Of a DNA stretch of 64,000 bases, positions 37,394-46,436 are shown piece by piece. Below the pieces are notes generated by a model. The model was given only the letters and a program-made list of their open reading frames with translations, did no database searches and had not been told where the DNA came from. This DNA is from an uncultured virus (IMG/VR IMGVR_UViG_3300022666_000091) (taxonomy: Duplodnaviria > Heunggongvirae > Uroviricota > Caudoviricetes). The stretch is taken from the IMG/VR virus record IMGVR_UViG_3300022666_000091. One strand, written 5' to 3'. Both the position numbers and the translations under genes were made by a program. Position 1 is the first letter of the stretch, and each line of letters begins with the position of its first letter.

Positions 37394-38047
37394 TTACTGC
37401 TGCAGGGCTTCGAGCCGGGCGCTCAGAAGTTCGACGCGCTCCTCCCGGTTTTCCCCCTGGGTTTCGGCGGCGATAAGCTCCATCAGCAGGGCGGCGTCGG
37501 TGCAGGCCTCGATGGCTGCGGCCAATTCCTCGCCGTCCAGGGTGCCGTAGGTTTCAGCGGTGAGCGCGGCCGGTTCGGCGTCCGGGGTTTTTTCCTCACC
37601 GGTCACGGCGTCGATCCGGGCCAGGATGACGGCAAGCCGCTTCTCCCGGTTCTCGCCACCCGCTTCCAGGTCGTAGAGGCCCTTCAGGACGGCGGGATCC
37701 GCGCACTTGTTGACGGCGGCAACGAACTTCAGGTGGTTGCCATACTCGCCGTAGGTCTCGACGGTGATGCCACCTTCCCCGCCTCCGGGCTGTGCGGGCG
37801 CTGTCGGATTTCCGGGCTTCAGATCTTCGCTGGTCAGCTCGATTGCGCCCGGCGACCAGTAGTGGGGCCTGCCGATGCCGTCCAGGAGAATTCCGGCCAG
37901 TTCCTCGTCGACCTTGGCGATGAAGACCTCGCTGCCGCCCTCGATCCTGCCGGTCGGTTCCAGGACTACCTTTTCCTGCTTGTCGTTCCTGCGGGTGACA
38001 TTGATGGGGCCGCGATGGATGGAGCAAACGGTGATGTTTCCGGACAT
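37394..38047 (-). CDS. Hypothetical protein with duplicated C-terminal helical domain
   Basis: T.ETYG...C.D.A.L..L...E..GENRE.R occurs twice. Confidence 0.65.
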   Translation of the reverse strand: MSGNITVCSIHRGPINVTRRNDKQEKVVLEPTGRIEGGSEVFIAKVDEELAGILLDGIGRPHYWSPGAIELTSEDLKPGNPTAPAQPGGGEGGITVETYGEYGNHLKFVAAVNKCADPAVLKGLYDLEAGGENREKRLAVILARIDAVTGEEKTPDAEPAALTAETYGTLDGEELAAAIEACTDAALLMELIAAETQGENREERVELLSARLEALQQ

Positions 38048-38069
38048 GTGGTGCCTCCTTGATCAAAAT

Positions 38070-38096
38070 ACGGGGAGGAGGTTCGCTCCTCCCCGT
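38070..38096 (-). terminator. Terminator after the major capsid gene
   Basis: ACGGGGAGGAG-loop-CTCCTCCCCGT, then ATTTT on minus strand. Confidence 0.65.
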
Positions 38097-38116
38097 CGCT
38101 ATTCACGGCCGGCAGA

Positions 38117-39556
38117 TTACGCCGGGGTGTACTTGCCGCAGTTCTTGTAGATCATCACCCTTTCCGGTGCCTTGAGGACCAGGGCGCAGTAGAGCAGCAG
38201 GAGGAACGGGAAGGTGGTCTCCGACTGGGGAAGCGGCATTTTCATCAGCGGGGCCATCTGGCTCATGACCAGATCCCTGGGATCCGGCTTGATGATGACC
38301 GCCATGCCGTTCTGCTCGCCGCCGCTGGAATCGACGGTCATCCAGCCGCCCTGATCGACGAAGGTCGTGGTGGTGGTTCCCTTGGCCACGCGGCCGATCC
38401 ACTTGGCGTCGGAGCCGTCGGACTGGAGCCCGCGATAGACCCGGAAGCCGGTAGCGCCGGTGGTGTCGGCGATGGTCAGGGTGCATTTCTGACCGGCGGT
38501 GATGGCCTGGCCTGCGGTGGTGAGCCCGAGGGATTCGCCGGAATCGTTGAAGGCCGCCACGGTGTAGTAGTAGGTGGCGGCGGCCAGTTTGGAGGTGGCG
38601 TCAGAGGCTGCGGCCGTGGTGCAGGTGGCCGGGGCCGCCGGGGCTCCGCTGTCGGCAGCCGCCAGGGGGGCGGAGTCCTTGATCTCTTCGAGCATCAGGG
38701 TGTGCTCGAATTCGATGGTGCCGAACTGGGTGTCGTAGCTCGGAACGCGGAAGCCGGGCACATACGAAGCGGTCTTGGAGCCTCCCTTGGACTCGCGGAT
38801 GATGTTCCGGTCCTGATACATCTTGTTCAGGCCTTCGGTGACATGCACGGACATATAGGAGGTGTAGCCGTCCACCGAGATCTGCTTGCCGTCCTTGACC
38901 AGCTTGACGGTGGCGTTGTCCAGGTCTTCGTAGGTCAGCGGAGCGCCCTGCTTGTCGATGATGTTGGCCGCGTTCTGGGCTGCCATCAGGGTGAGGAGAC
39001 CGTCGAAATGCACCTCGTTGCCGGAACCGTCCTTGATGGCCTTGTTGCCGAAGATGATTTCACGCTCCAGCCGCTCGAACAGCTCCATGGCCCGGTCGTG
39101 ATTCTCGCGGGTCTCGGGATCCTCAACGGTGCCGCCGTTCTGGCCGGAGACCAGCATCTGGTGGGTCAGGCCCCCACGGACGCCGAGGTACTTGTTGTAT
39201 ACCCCGTGACGGCTGAACGCCGAGGTTCCGCCCTTCGGCCCGCCGCCTTCAGCGAAGCCGATGGAGCCGCGCCGGGTACCGAACGAAGTATGGCGGTTCC
39301 ATTCGAAGTACGGACCGGCGGACGGAACGCGCTGGATGGAGTTGAAGAGCTTGAAGTGCTGCTCGGTCAGCAGGACTTCAGTCATCAGGCCGTCCATGTT
39401 CTCCAGCATCAGCGGAGAGGTACGGGGAACGGTGATCGGGCCGCTGTTGGTGGTGGTCAGAGACTTCTGCATGGCCGCAACGACCTCGTCGCCGGTATAA
39501 TCCAGCTGGTGCGACTTGCAGAGCTCGTCGAAGCTGAAAACTCTGTGTTTTTTCAC
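38117..39556 (-). CDS. Major capsid protein with FN3-like insertion
   Basis: L.LENMD..L, FAEGG, IIFGN, FDGL, IIDKQG; YYYTVAAFNDSGES insertion; follows protease and scaffold. Confidence 0.88.
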   Translation of the reverse strand: MKKHRVFSFDELCKSHQLDYTGDEVVAAMQKSLTTTNSGPITVPRTSPLMLENMDGLMTEVLLTEQHFKLFNSIQRVPSAGPYFEWNRHTSFGTRRGSIGFAEGGGPKGGTSAFSRHGVYNKYLGVRGGLTHQMLVSGQNGGTVEDPETRENHDRAMELFERLEREIIFGNKAIKDGSGNEVHFDGLLTLMAAQNAANIIDKQGAPLTYEDLDNATVKLVKDGKQISVDGYTSYMSVHVTEGLNKMYQDRNIIRESKGGSKTASYVPGFRVPSYDTQFGTIEFEHTLMLEEIKDSAPLAAADSGAPAAPATCTTAAASDATSKLAAATYYYTVAAFNDSGESLGLTTAGQAITAGQKCTLTIADTTGATGFRVYRGLQSDGSDAKWIGRVAKGTTTTTFVDQGGWMTVDSSGGEQNGMAVIIKPDPRDLVMSQMAPLMKMPLPQSETTFPFLLLLYCALVLKAPERVMIYKNCGKYTPA

Positions 39557-39583
39557 TTTCTACCTCCTGTTCGGAAACGATTG

Positions 39584-39614
39584 AATATGTGTGAGAAACC
39601 AAACACTTCAGGCG
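39584..39614 (-). promoter_or_regulatory. Class-B motif upstream of the major capsid gene
   Basis: Minus strand CGCCTGAAG-TGTTTG-GTTTCT-CACACA-TATT. Confidence 0.65.
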
Positions 39615-39617
39615 CAA

Positions 39618-40298
39618 TTAAGCACTGGCGAGCTTGATCCCGTACTTTGCGCGGATATCTTCCGGAATGGCGCCGACTCCGTGCACGTCAACCCTGCCGA
39701 GCAGCCGGGGGTCAACGTCGTCGCCATCGTCGATGGCCTTCTTGAGGAGCATCCTGGCTTCGGACTTGCTGGTGCCGGTCTTGTCGGTGTCCTGCTGACG
39801 GCCGCCGTCAACGCCGAGATGCGCCCTGGAAGCCGCGCCGGGCTGCTCGCCGAATTCCTTCATGGACTTGGCCAGGGAGACGACGGCCTTGCTGACCCCT
39901 GCCACCAGACCGGCAACGCCGTCCATGCGGGCAGTCAGGGTGTCGAGCCGCTCGCCGGTGCCGGTGCCAAAATCCTGGACCGACTTGCAGAGCTTGGCGT
40001 ACTCTTCGGAGGCCTTGACCAGCTCCTGCTCCAGGCCTTCGATGTCTTCGAGGGATTTCTTGGTGCCATCGCCATCCCCGCCCTTATCGTCGCCACCGTC
40101 TCCTCCATCATCGCCATCGCCGCCCTTGTCATCGCCATCCCCGTCTTCGGACTTCTGCAGCCCCTCGAACTCCTCGATGGCCTTCATCAGCTCCTCGATG
40201 GGGTCAGCCTGGCCTTCCTTCTCGGACTTCTCCAGGCTGGCAAGCTGGGCGTTGGCCTCTTCGATCTCTCTCAAAAGCTCTTCTTTGGTCTTCGGCAT
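39618..40298 (-). CDS. Putative scaffold protein
   Basis: Acidic, helical, many xxKS/KA motifs; between protease and capsid. Confidence 0.65.
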   Translation of the reverse strand: MPKTKEELLREIEEANAQLASLEKSEKEGQADPIEELMKAIEEFEGLQKSEDGDGDDKGGDGDDGGDGGDDKGGDGDGTKKSLEDIEGLEQELVKASEEYAKLCKSVQDFGTGTGERLDTLTARMDGVAGLVAGVSKAVVSLAKSMKEFGEQPGAASRAHLGVDGGRQQDTDKTGTSKSEARMLLKKAIDDGDDVDPRLLGRVDVHGVGAIPEDIRAKYGIKLASA

Positions 40299-40315
40299 CT
40301 CGCAGATCCTCCCTT

Positions 40316-41275
40316 TCACCGGACGAAACCGGCGGCTCGTATCAGGGCGGCCAGTTCGTGGTTCTTTTTTGCGCCCGTAATGAGGGCTTTCAGTAATTTC
40401 CGTGTTTCGTCACCGGAATATCCGAGGCAGCCGGTCATGTGGTTGTAGGCTCCCTCGATACCCTTATGGAAACGACCGTTCAGGTCGTAGTGAGTGGTGC
40501 ATGGCGTGTCGCCGTAGAGGACCGTAGTCAGTCCGCGATCCAGGTTCTCCTTCATCAGCGGCGAGGTCCGTTCGGTCATGGCCGGACCGCTATTGGTGGT
40601 GGCCAGGGCCTTTTCCATGACCGCCATCAGGTGTGGCAAGCCGTCCTGGAACTCATAGTGCTTGTTCCCGCTGCAGCAGACGTGGGCGGGATTGAATTCG
40701 GCTGAATCGGGATTGCAGCGGCCGCAGCACAACGACTTGGCAAACAGTTCCACGCTGCAATCGGCATTGACCGGCTTGTGGGTGAGGGCAACGTGGTGCA
40801 CCCTGGCCCTGACGATCTTGTTACCGCGCCTCTCCGGCTTCGGACCTTCCACGGAAAACGCCAGTCGTCGGGCTCCGCCTGCCTTCTGCAGGGCCATTCC
40901 GAGTTCCCACATCTCGTTGGCGAGCCGCATCTGTTCCGATGCCATGGGGTCACCCTGGAGCAGTTCTCCGGCCAGGATGGTGGACTTCTCAAGCCGTTCC
41001 AGCTCCGTGGGATACCCGATGATGATCGGGACCTTGGCTCCTGCGACAATGCGCCGCTGGTGGTCGTAGTTGATATAGCCGCTCTCCATCAGGTAGCTGC
41101 AGTCCAGCCCCTTCTGAAGGATGCTTTCCCCGTCGTGGTCCTCGCGCTCCGTGGACATGACGCCCTTGACGCACCGTTTCCCCTGGCTGCCCTCTTCAAT
41201 GGACTTCTCCAGGAATTCAACAGGGGTCTCGAACAGCGTCTCGAATGTCTCTTCCGTATGTTCCATGGGCCTCAA
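40316..41275 (-). CDS. Prohead protease
   Basis: GVMSTEREDHDGE, INYDH, LAFSVEG, VALTHKPVN. Confidence 0.85.
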   Translation of the reverse strand: MRPMEHTEETFETLFETPVEFLEKSIEEGSQGKRCVKGVMSTEREDHDGESILQKGLDCSYLMESGYINYDHQRRIVAGAKVPIIIGYPTELERLEKSTILAGELLQGDPMASEQMRLANEMWELGMALQKAGGARRLAFSVEGPKPERRGNKIVRARVHHVALTHKPVNADCSVELFAKSLCCGRCNPDSAEFNPAHVCCSGNKHYEFQDGLPHLMAVMEKALATTNSGPAMTERTSPLMKENLDRGLTTVLYGDTPCTTHYDLNGRFHKGIEGAYNHMTGCLGYSGDETRKLLKALITGAKKNHELAALIRAAGFVR

Positions 41276-41448
41276 AACGCAAAAAGGCGGCTACGGAAAA
41301 TCCGTAAACCGCCTCTACCTTTGCTGGCTCCGGCCTTTCGGCCGTGGCTCACTCCGGCAAGCGCACGATATGTAATTTTAGCGTCGGGAGGGGTTGGGGT
41401 GCGGCCCCGTCGGGTCTCGTCCTTGCCCCCTCCCTTTCCGGGGGTTTT

Positions 41449-41616
41449 CTATTCAGCCGTCATGATGACCTTCCCAGCCTTGGTTACGTTCACCTGGTAC
41501 AGGCGTCCGGAGTGGAGAAACCGGATCGGGAAGTCCTCACGCTTCAGGACCGGCGCGTCGTGTCCGCCCCTGCTCTTTCGCAGCAAATAGGGGATTCTGA
41601 CAGTTTTTTCTGACAC
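41449..41616 (-). CDS. Small HemP-like protein
   Basis: GAAGGAG RBS + GTG; IRFLHSGRLYQVNVTKAGKVIMT. Confidence 0.5.
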   Translation of the reverse strand: MSEKTVRIPYLLRKSRGGHDAPVLKREDFPIRFLHSGRLYQVNVTKAGKVIMTAE

Positions 41617-41648
41617 GCTGGCTCCTTCGTATGCTATAAGAAAACCAC

Positions 41649-41712
41649 ATATTGTGTGGCGTATCAAACAGTTTAGGGCCAGGTGCATCATTTTTTTGTG
41701 GTCTCCTTCTCC
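41649..41712. promoter_or_regulatory. Divergent control region: class-B site (41653-41670) back-to-back with class-A motif (41683)
   Basis: Both motifs present at the strand switch. Confidence 0.65.
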
Positions 41713-41758
41713 ATACGTGGGGAGAAAACGGAAATCGAAAATAGAAAGGAGCCCTCCC

Positions 41759-42007
41759 ATGAATACCCAGTTCGTCTCGACGACCGATTGGTTCGCGTTT
41801 GAAAAGTCCCACCCCGATGCCGCCCGCTTTCTCCGAAAAGCGAATCTGTGCGGCGAATACTCCTACCTTGCGAAGCTGGACCGCCGCAACAACTGGCAGC
41901 AGCGGCGGCTCGAAGAACTGGCCGCCCACTTCTCCAGCGTCAAGTCTTACGACCCCAACTACTACTCTGACAACTACCCGGAGGTGATCCATGTACGCAA
42001 AAGCTGA
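41759..42007 (+). CDS. Hypothetical protein
   Basis: GAAAGGAG RBS; follows class-A motif. Confidence 0.6.
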   Translation: MNTQFVSTTDWFAFEKSHPDAARFLRKANLCGEYSYLAKLDRRNNWQQRRLEELAAHFSSVKSYDPNYYSDNYPEVIHVRKS

Positions 42008-42329
42008 AGAGATTAAGATCCTCGAGACCGCCGCCAAGAAGCTCGGCGAAAATTCCTATCTGGGACCGGCCATCCTCGCATTGCTTCCGGCCCTGGAAGC
42101 CGACATGCGAAGCGACTTCATGCCGGACCTGGTTGGTTACCTGAACTGCATGGAAAAGGACCTGGCCGCGAAGAAGGAAGACCTGAAGGATGCCGAGGCC
42201 CGGATCAAGGCTCTCAATCAGCTGAAGCTCGATCGGGAAAACGAGTTACGGCGGCTGGAAACGCACATTGAGGCGGCAAAGGAAAAGATCCGCAGCATGT
42301 GCGGCAGCCTCAACCAGTTGGCGGCGTAA
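41991..42329 (+). CDS. Hypothetical coiled-coil protein
   Basis: GGAGGT RBS. Confidence 0.65.
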   Translation: MYAKAEEIKILETAAKKLGENSYLGPAILALLPALEADMRSDFMPDLVGYLNCMEKDLAAKKEDLKDAEARIKALNQLKLDRENELRRLETHIEAAKEKIRSMCGSLNQLAA

Positions 42330-42388
42330 CGGCCTGGCTCTTTGTGTGCCCGGGGTGTTTGGCCGGCCACTCGTGACAACTCGTTCCA

Positions 42389-42418
42389 GTGCATCATTTT
42401 TCCCTGGTCTCCTTACAT
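42389..42418 (+). promoter_or_regulatory. Class-A motif (copy 5)
   Basis: GTGCATCATTTTTCCCTGGTCTCCTTACAT followed by GC hairpin. Confidence 0.7.
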
Positions 42419-42466
42419 AGTTGCGGGGAGGGAAGCCCTCCCCGACTACTTCTCGGAGGTGTCACC

Positions 42467-42829
42467 ATGGCAAAGCGGAGTCGCAAGACATGTCCGCGTT
42501 GTGGCGGTTCTGGCAGGTTCAGCTTCCATCCTACGCGGGGTACGGTCTGTTTCCAGTGCAACGGTCTGGGTTACATCCTGGTTGACGAGGCGAAAGAGGC
42601 AAAGCGTCGGGCAAATGCTGCCGTAAAGGCCGCAGACAATGAAGCCAGACGACAATTGATGAGCGATGCGTACTGGCAGGTGGTGAACGAGATGAACGCC
42701 CTCTACGGCCCGTTCGACGTAACGACGGCCTTGGGTATTGACCAACTGAACTATGCGACGGCAAAAGCCACTGGCAAGGCGCTCCACGTTATCCGGGACG
42801 AACGAATCAAAAATACACTGCGGAGGTAA
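42467..42829 (+). CDS. Zinc-finger protein (CxxCxGxG twice)
   Basis: CPRCGGSG..CFQCNGLG; GGAGGT RBS. Confidence 0.7.
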   Translation: MAKRSRKTCPRCGGSGRFSFHPTRGTVCFQCNGLGYILVDEAKEAKRRANAAVKAADNEARRQLMSDAYWQVVNEMNALYGPFDVTTALGIDQLNYATAKATGKALHVIRDERIKNTLRR

Positions 42830-42834
42830 TGACC

Positions 42835-43116
42835 ATGGCAAATCATATCCCGACAATCGAAGAAGAACGCGCGGCCCTCAACAAGATCGAAGTCTACCCA
42901 GGCATCACCCGCGGCGACCTGGAAGCGGCCTTCAACAAGGTGTGCGACCCGGCAGACTGGAAGGCGCCGATTCACGCCTTTGTCACGGCCAACGAACTGG
43001 ACATCACGGTCAAGGCAATCGACTTCTTCACCGCCTGCGCTCCGGTGTTTTATGCCAAGGACGGCGGCTATGTGATCGGTTGCGAAGGTTACAGGAACGG
43101 CCCGGCCGGGCCGTAG
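42835..43116 (+). CDS. Hypothetical protein
   Basis: GGAGGT RBS; operon packing. Confidence 0.65.
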   Translation: MANHIPTIEEERAALNKIEVYPGITRGDLEAAFNKVCDPADWKAPIHAFVTANELDITVKAIDFFTACAPVFYAKDGGYVIGCEGYRNGPAGP

Positions 43117-43286
43117 AGGAGAACGCCATGAAAGCCTACCAGATCAAGTTCCCCAACGGGACCACGCTCGAATTCGCCACCAGCGAGGTTGCAGAGAAGT
43201 ATTGCACCAGGTTCAACAACGAGATGACCATCTACCGGTACAGCGTGAAAGAAATCGAACTGATCGAGGAATAGGGAGGAGGTGGC

Positions 43287-43592
43287 ATGAAAGAGTTCAC
43301 CGTCACATGCAGGGGCAGTAAATACATCCGGCACGGAATTGACCAGGCCATCGGATTCATAAGCAGTCAGGCGCAGGTACGGCAAGTGCTCGAACAGATA
43401 CAGCAGGAATTGCAAGCCGCACGGGGCGAATACCGATGGGAACTTGAAGTGCATCCCCGCCGGAAAGAATACGCCATCGTAGCTTTGTGGAAGAAAGACA
43501 AGTGGTATGACACGCAATGGCACAAAACCCCAAGGAAAGCCCTTATTGAGCTTTGCCAGAAAGTGGGTTTGTTGAGCGACTCTTTTGGCTAG
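43287..43592 (+). CDS. Hypothetical protein
   Basis: GGAGGAGG RBS. Confidence 0.6.
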   Translation: MKEFTVTCRGSKYIRHGIDQAIGFISSQAQVRQVLEQIQQELQAARGEYRWELEVHPRRKEYAIVALWKKDKWYDTQWHKTPRKALIELCQKVGLLSDSFG

Positions 43593-43621
43593 TGCATCAT
43601 TTTCTGCAGGTTTCCTTCTAT
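43592..43621 (+). promoter_or_regulatory. Class-A motif (copy 6)
   Basis: GTGCATCATTTTCTGCAGGTTTCCTTCTAT followed by GC hairpin. Confidence 0.7.
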
Positions 43622-43775
43622 AGATGCGGGGTGGAGACGCCCCGCTTTTCTTTTCTCAATACTTTCTCAGAAAGGAGAGACAACACATGAAAAACGTGAT
43701 AATATTTCTGCCGCCGAGGGGAAAGAAAGCGCCGTATGACCGCAACGTAAAGCATAAGGGAAAGGGGGTTGAATC

Positions 43776-44171
43776 ATGCGAGTAGCCATAGATTTTGCCA
43801 GTTACAATCATCGCCGCTACGGGAAGCCCTGGATTGCGGTCGTTACCTCCTGGCCTACCGGCGGCAAGCCGGAAGTCCGCTGGGGTGGCTACTTGGGCGA
43901 TGCACGAAACGGCGGGGCCGGTGAGGCCGAGATCGAGGCGGAACCGGGCGACGTAATCCGCTGGGGGCAGAAGGATAATCGGGGCGGCAACACGGAAGCC
44001 AACTGGGGCGTGGTCAGGCTTGACGGCTCCATATACGAGTGCGATGCTAAGGAGGCCAGGAAAGCATGGGACGAACGGCAGGCAACTCCTCCTGCCGAGA
44101 ATCCGCTGGCAGCGTTCAGCGATGAAGAATTGCTCGCAGAAGTACGCAGGCGCGGACTCATGGAAAACTGA
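43776..44171 (+). CDS. Hypothetical protein
   Basis: 131-aa ORF; C-terminal FSDEELLAEVRRRG. Confidence 0.65.
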   Translation: MRVAIDFASYNHRRYGKPWIAVVTSWPTGGKPEVRWGGYLGDARNGGAGEAEIEAEPGDVIRWGQKDNRGGNTEANWGVVRLDGSIYECDAKEARKAWDERQATPPAENPLAAFSDEELLAEVRRRGLMEN

Positions 44172-44322
44172 CGCTTTCTGTCGCAACCTTAAAGTAAACT
44201 TCCTTCAGGTGCATCATTTCCCTTACATATCATGCAGCGACGCCATGGTCTCCTTGATGGCCGGTTCGTCGAATATCTTGCCGAGCATATCGTCTATGCC
44301 GGTGCTGCGGCTCCTGACCATA

Positions 44323-45090
44323 TCAGACCCCCAGGACCTCGATCAATTCGTCACCCAACAACCTGAACCGCTTCGCGCCGTTGCTTTCCGGCGCATGCTT
44401 GAGCACCGTTTCTCTGTACGCTTCAGCTCGTTGGATATCGGTATTGACCGGTATTGTAGTCTGGAAAACCTTGTCACCGAATTCGCGCCGGATCTGCTCC
44501 ACGCTGACGCGACCGATGGAGGTCCGCAGATCCACCTTGTTGATGACCGCCTTCAGGAAGCGGAGGTCATGATTCACCCGTTTCGTGATGGCTTTGATCG
44601 CATCATAGGCCGCAATGAAGCCGTCAATGCTGTCGCGGCTTCCGCACTCGATGGGGATGATCGCGCAGTCGCTGGCGACAAGGGCCTGGATGACCCAGAG
44701 GCCGAGGGTAGGGGGGCAGTCTATGAGCGTTACATCATAATCCCGGCAGGCCAGCTCACGAACGTTGTCCCGCAGCCGCCAGTAGTTTTCCCTGGCGTTC
44801 TGGTACATGTCGATTTCCAGGGTGGCGGTCGTGGATCGGTTGGGAAGGATATGCACGTTTGCGTAGAAGGTGGAATAGATGCAGTCCTTGCCGGAGATGC
44901 CGTCCGCATACATGTTATAAATGGTGTGGGGCTCTTCCCTGGTTGGCGCGAACCGGGAGGTGGCGTTTGACTGTGGGTCATGGTCGATGACCAGCACACG
45001 CTTGCCGCGATTCGCCAGGGCGTGCGCCAGGTTGACCGTCACCGTCGTCTTCCCGACACCGCCCTTGTTGTTGATGACGCTGATTATCAT
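44323..45090 (-). CDS. parA: ParA/Soj-family ATPase
   Basis: NNKGGVGKTT, VLVIDHDPQSNAT, YDVTLIDCPPTLG. Confidence 0.92.
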   Translation of the reverse strand: MIISVINNKGGVGKTTVTVNLAHALANRGKRVLVIDHDPQSNATSRFAPTREEPHTIYNMYADGISGKDCIYSTFYANVHILPNRSTTATLEIDMYQNARENYWRLRDNVRELACRDYDVTLIDCPPTLGLWVIQALVASDCAIIPIECGSRDSIDGFIAAYDAIKAITKRVNHDLRFLKAVINKVDLRTSIGRVSVEQIRREFGDKVFQTTIPVNTDIQRAEAYRETVLKHAPESNGAKRFRLLGDELIEVLGV

Positions 45091-45173
45091 GCTTCCCCCT
45101 TTCTGGTAATTTGCTGAACATATATCTATAAAATGTTGAATTGTCAACAATTATATTTTCCGCTTGCGCCTGT

Positions 45174-45247
45174 CTAAAGTGTGTGGTATATCAACCATGT
45201 GTGACAAACCAAACGGGGTGCATCATTTTTTGCTGGTTTCCTCATAT
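45174..45247. promoter_or_regulatory. Two tandem class-B-like sites (45180-45197, 45198-45215) abutting class-A motif (45218)
   Basis: TGTGTGGTATATCAACCA and TGTGTGACAAACCAAACG, then GTGCATCATTTTTTGCTGGTTTCCTCATAT. Confidence 0.6.
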
Positions 45248-45264
45248 CTTCGGGAGGGAAAGAG

Positions 45265-45708
45265 ATGAAAGAAATTGTCCGCTGGCTCGCAATAGCCATT
45301 CACCAGCATTTCCAGCACGCCGCCCTGAAGCGGGCGGAAAGGAGAGAACGATATGTCAAGACTTCCGCAGGACTGCCGCGACCTGGCTGCGATGATCAAG
45401 TGGGAGAAAATGCAGGAACGGAAACAGGTTTCGGTTCTCGGCCTGCTGTTTCTGGCCTCCGGATTCGTCCAGTGGCTCCTGGGGGTGTAAGGGAGCGGCG
45501 GGAGACGGCAACGGTCACGTACCGGGAAATCGTCTACATTCCGCTGTGCCCGGCAACCGGTCGCCGCTTCCCGTGGCCGCTGGCGAAACACTACGCCATC
45601 GACTTCGAACTGCACGACGAGCCAGGCAGGGTCCATGACGTGGTAATCACCGTCGAGAATGCCAGCATCGGCCAATGGCTGACCGAGACCTTCGGGCCGC
45701 TGCAATGA
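45265..45708 (+). CDS. Hypothetical protein
   Basis: Follows class-A motif; RBS. Confidence 0.5.
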   Translation: MKEIVRWLAIAIHQHFQHAALKRAERRERYVKTSAGLPRPGCDDQVGENAGTETGFGSRPAVSGLRIRPVAPGGVRERRETATVTYREIVYIPLCPATGRRFPWPLAKHYAIDFELHDEPGRVHDVVITVENASIGQWLTETFGPLQ

Positions 45709-45959
45709 AGCCGGGGGAAGCGGTCAGGTTTTACGATGATGACAACAAGGTCCATCACGGTCTGTGTCTGGCGGTGCTGGGTGATGACATCCTGGCGGAA
45801 TACCGGCGCCCGAAGCGGCCGTTTCTATTTACGGCCCGGGAGAGGGTAGGGAAGGGGGACTGCGAAATCGTCCAGAAGTACACGGCAACCACACTGCCGC
45901 GGAAGTGGCAGATTCTCATTCAGAGGAGGGAAGAAAATTGTCAACAGTCAGCAGGGTAG
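45705..45959 (+). CDS. Hypothetical protein
   Basis: ATGA overlap with upstream ORF. Confidence 0.5.
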   Translation: MKPGEAVRFYDDDNKVHHGLCLAVLGDDILAEYRRPKRPFLFTARERVGKGDCEIVQKYTATTLPRKWQILIQRREENCQQSAG

Positions 45960-46154
45960 CAATTCTAGCGAATCCGGTAAATAGGTTGGTAAGTGCCCTG
46001 GCAATGGCAATGGCGGGAGGAGCGGGGGCCGGTGTCTTTATGGAACCGCCTACACCGAGACTGCCCAAACCGAAGCGGTCCCATGTGCGCCACCAGGGGG
46101 CAAAGGAGAGGGCAAGGCGGTTGCGGCAGAAAGCGAACAGGGGAGGGTAGGGGG

Positions 46155-46430
46155 ATGGGACATACACCGGGACCGTGGACAATTACGACGCATGGCAATC
46201 AATACGGCATTATTTGGGGCGCAGAGCGTGGAGTAGCAGTAATACGAGACCTGAAGGGAGAAACAGAGGCCAACGCCAACCTGATAGCCGCAGCACCGGA
46301 ACTTCTTGAGGTGCTGGAAAACCTGGTCCGATGCCTTCAGCACCATTCGGGCATAACCGGCCTGACACTTGATGCGGTTATCGAGCGGGCAAGGCGGTTG
46401 CGGCAGAAAGCCAAAGCGAAAGGAGAATAG
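46155..46430 (+). CDS. Hypothetical phage protein (HTPGPW...ANANLIAAAPELL type)
   Basis: Common phage small-ORF motifs. Confidence 0.7.
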   Translation: MGHTPGPWTITTHGNQYGIIWGAERGVAVIRDLKGETEANANLIAAAPELLEVLENLVRCLQHHSGITGLTLDAVIERARRLRQKAKAKGE

Positions 46431-46436
46431 AACCCC

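Noticed and set aside
42330..42372. Possible third pentamer array (GGCCT GGCTC ...)
   Set aside because: Period breaks after two units and the CTCCAATCCAAGGGA tail is absent.
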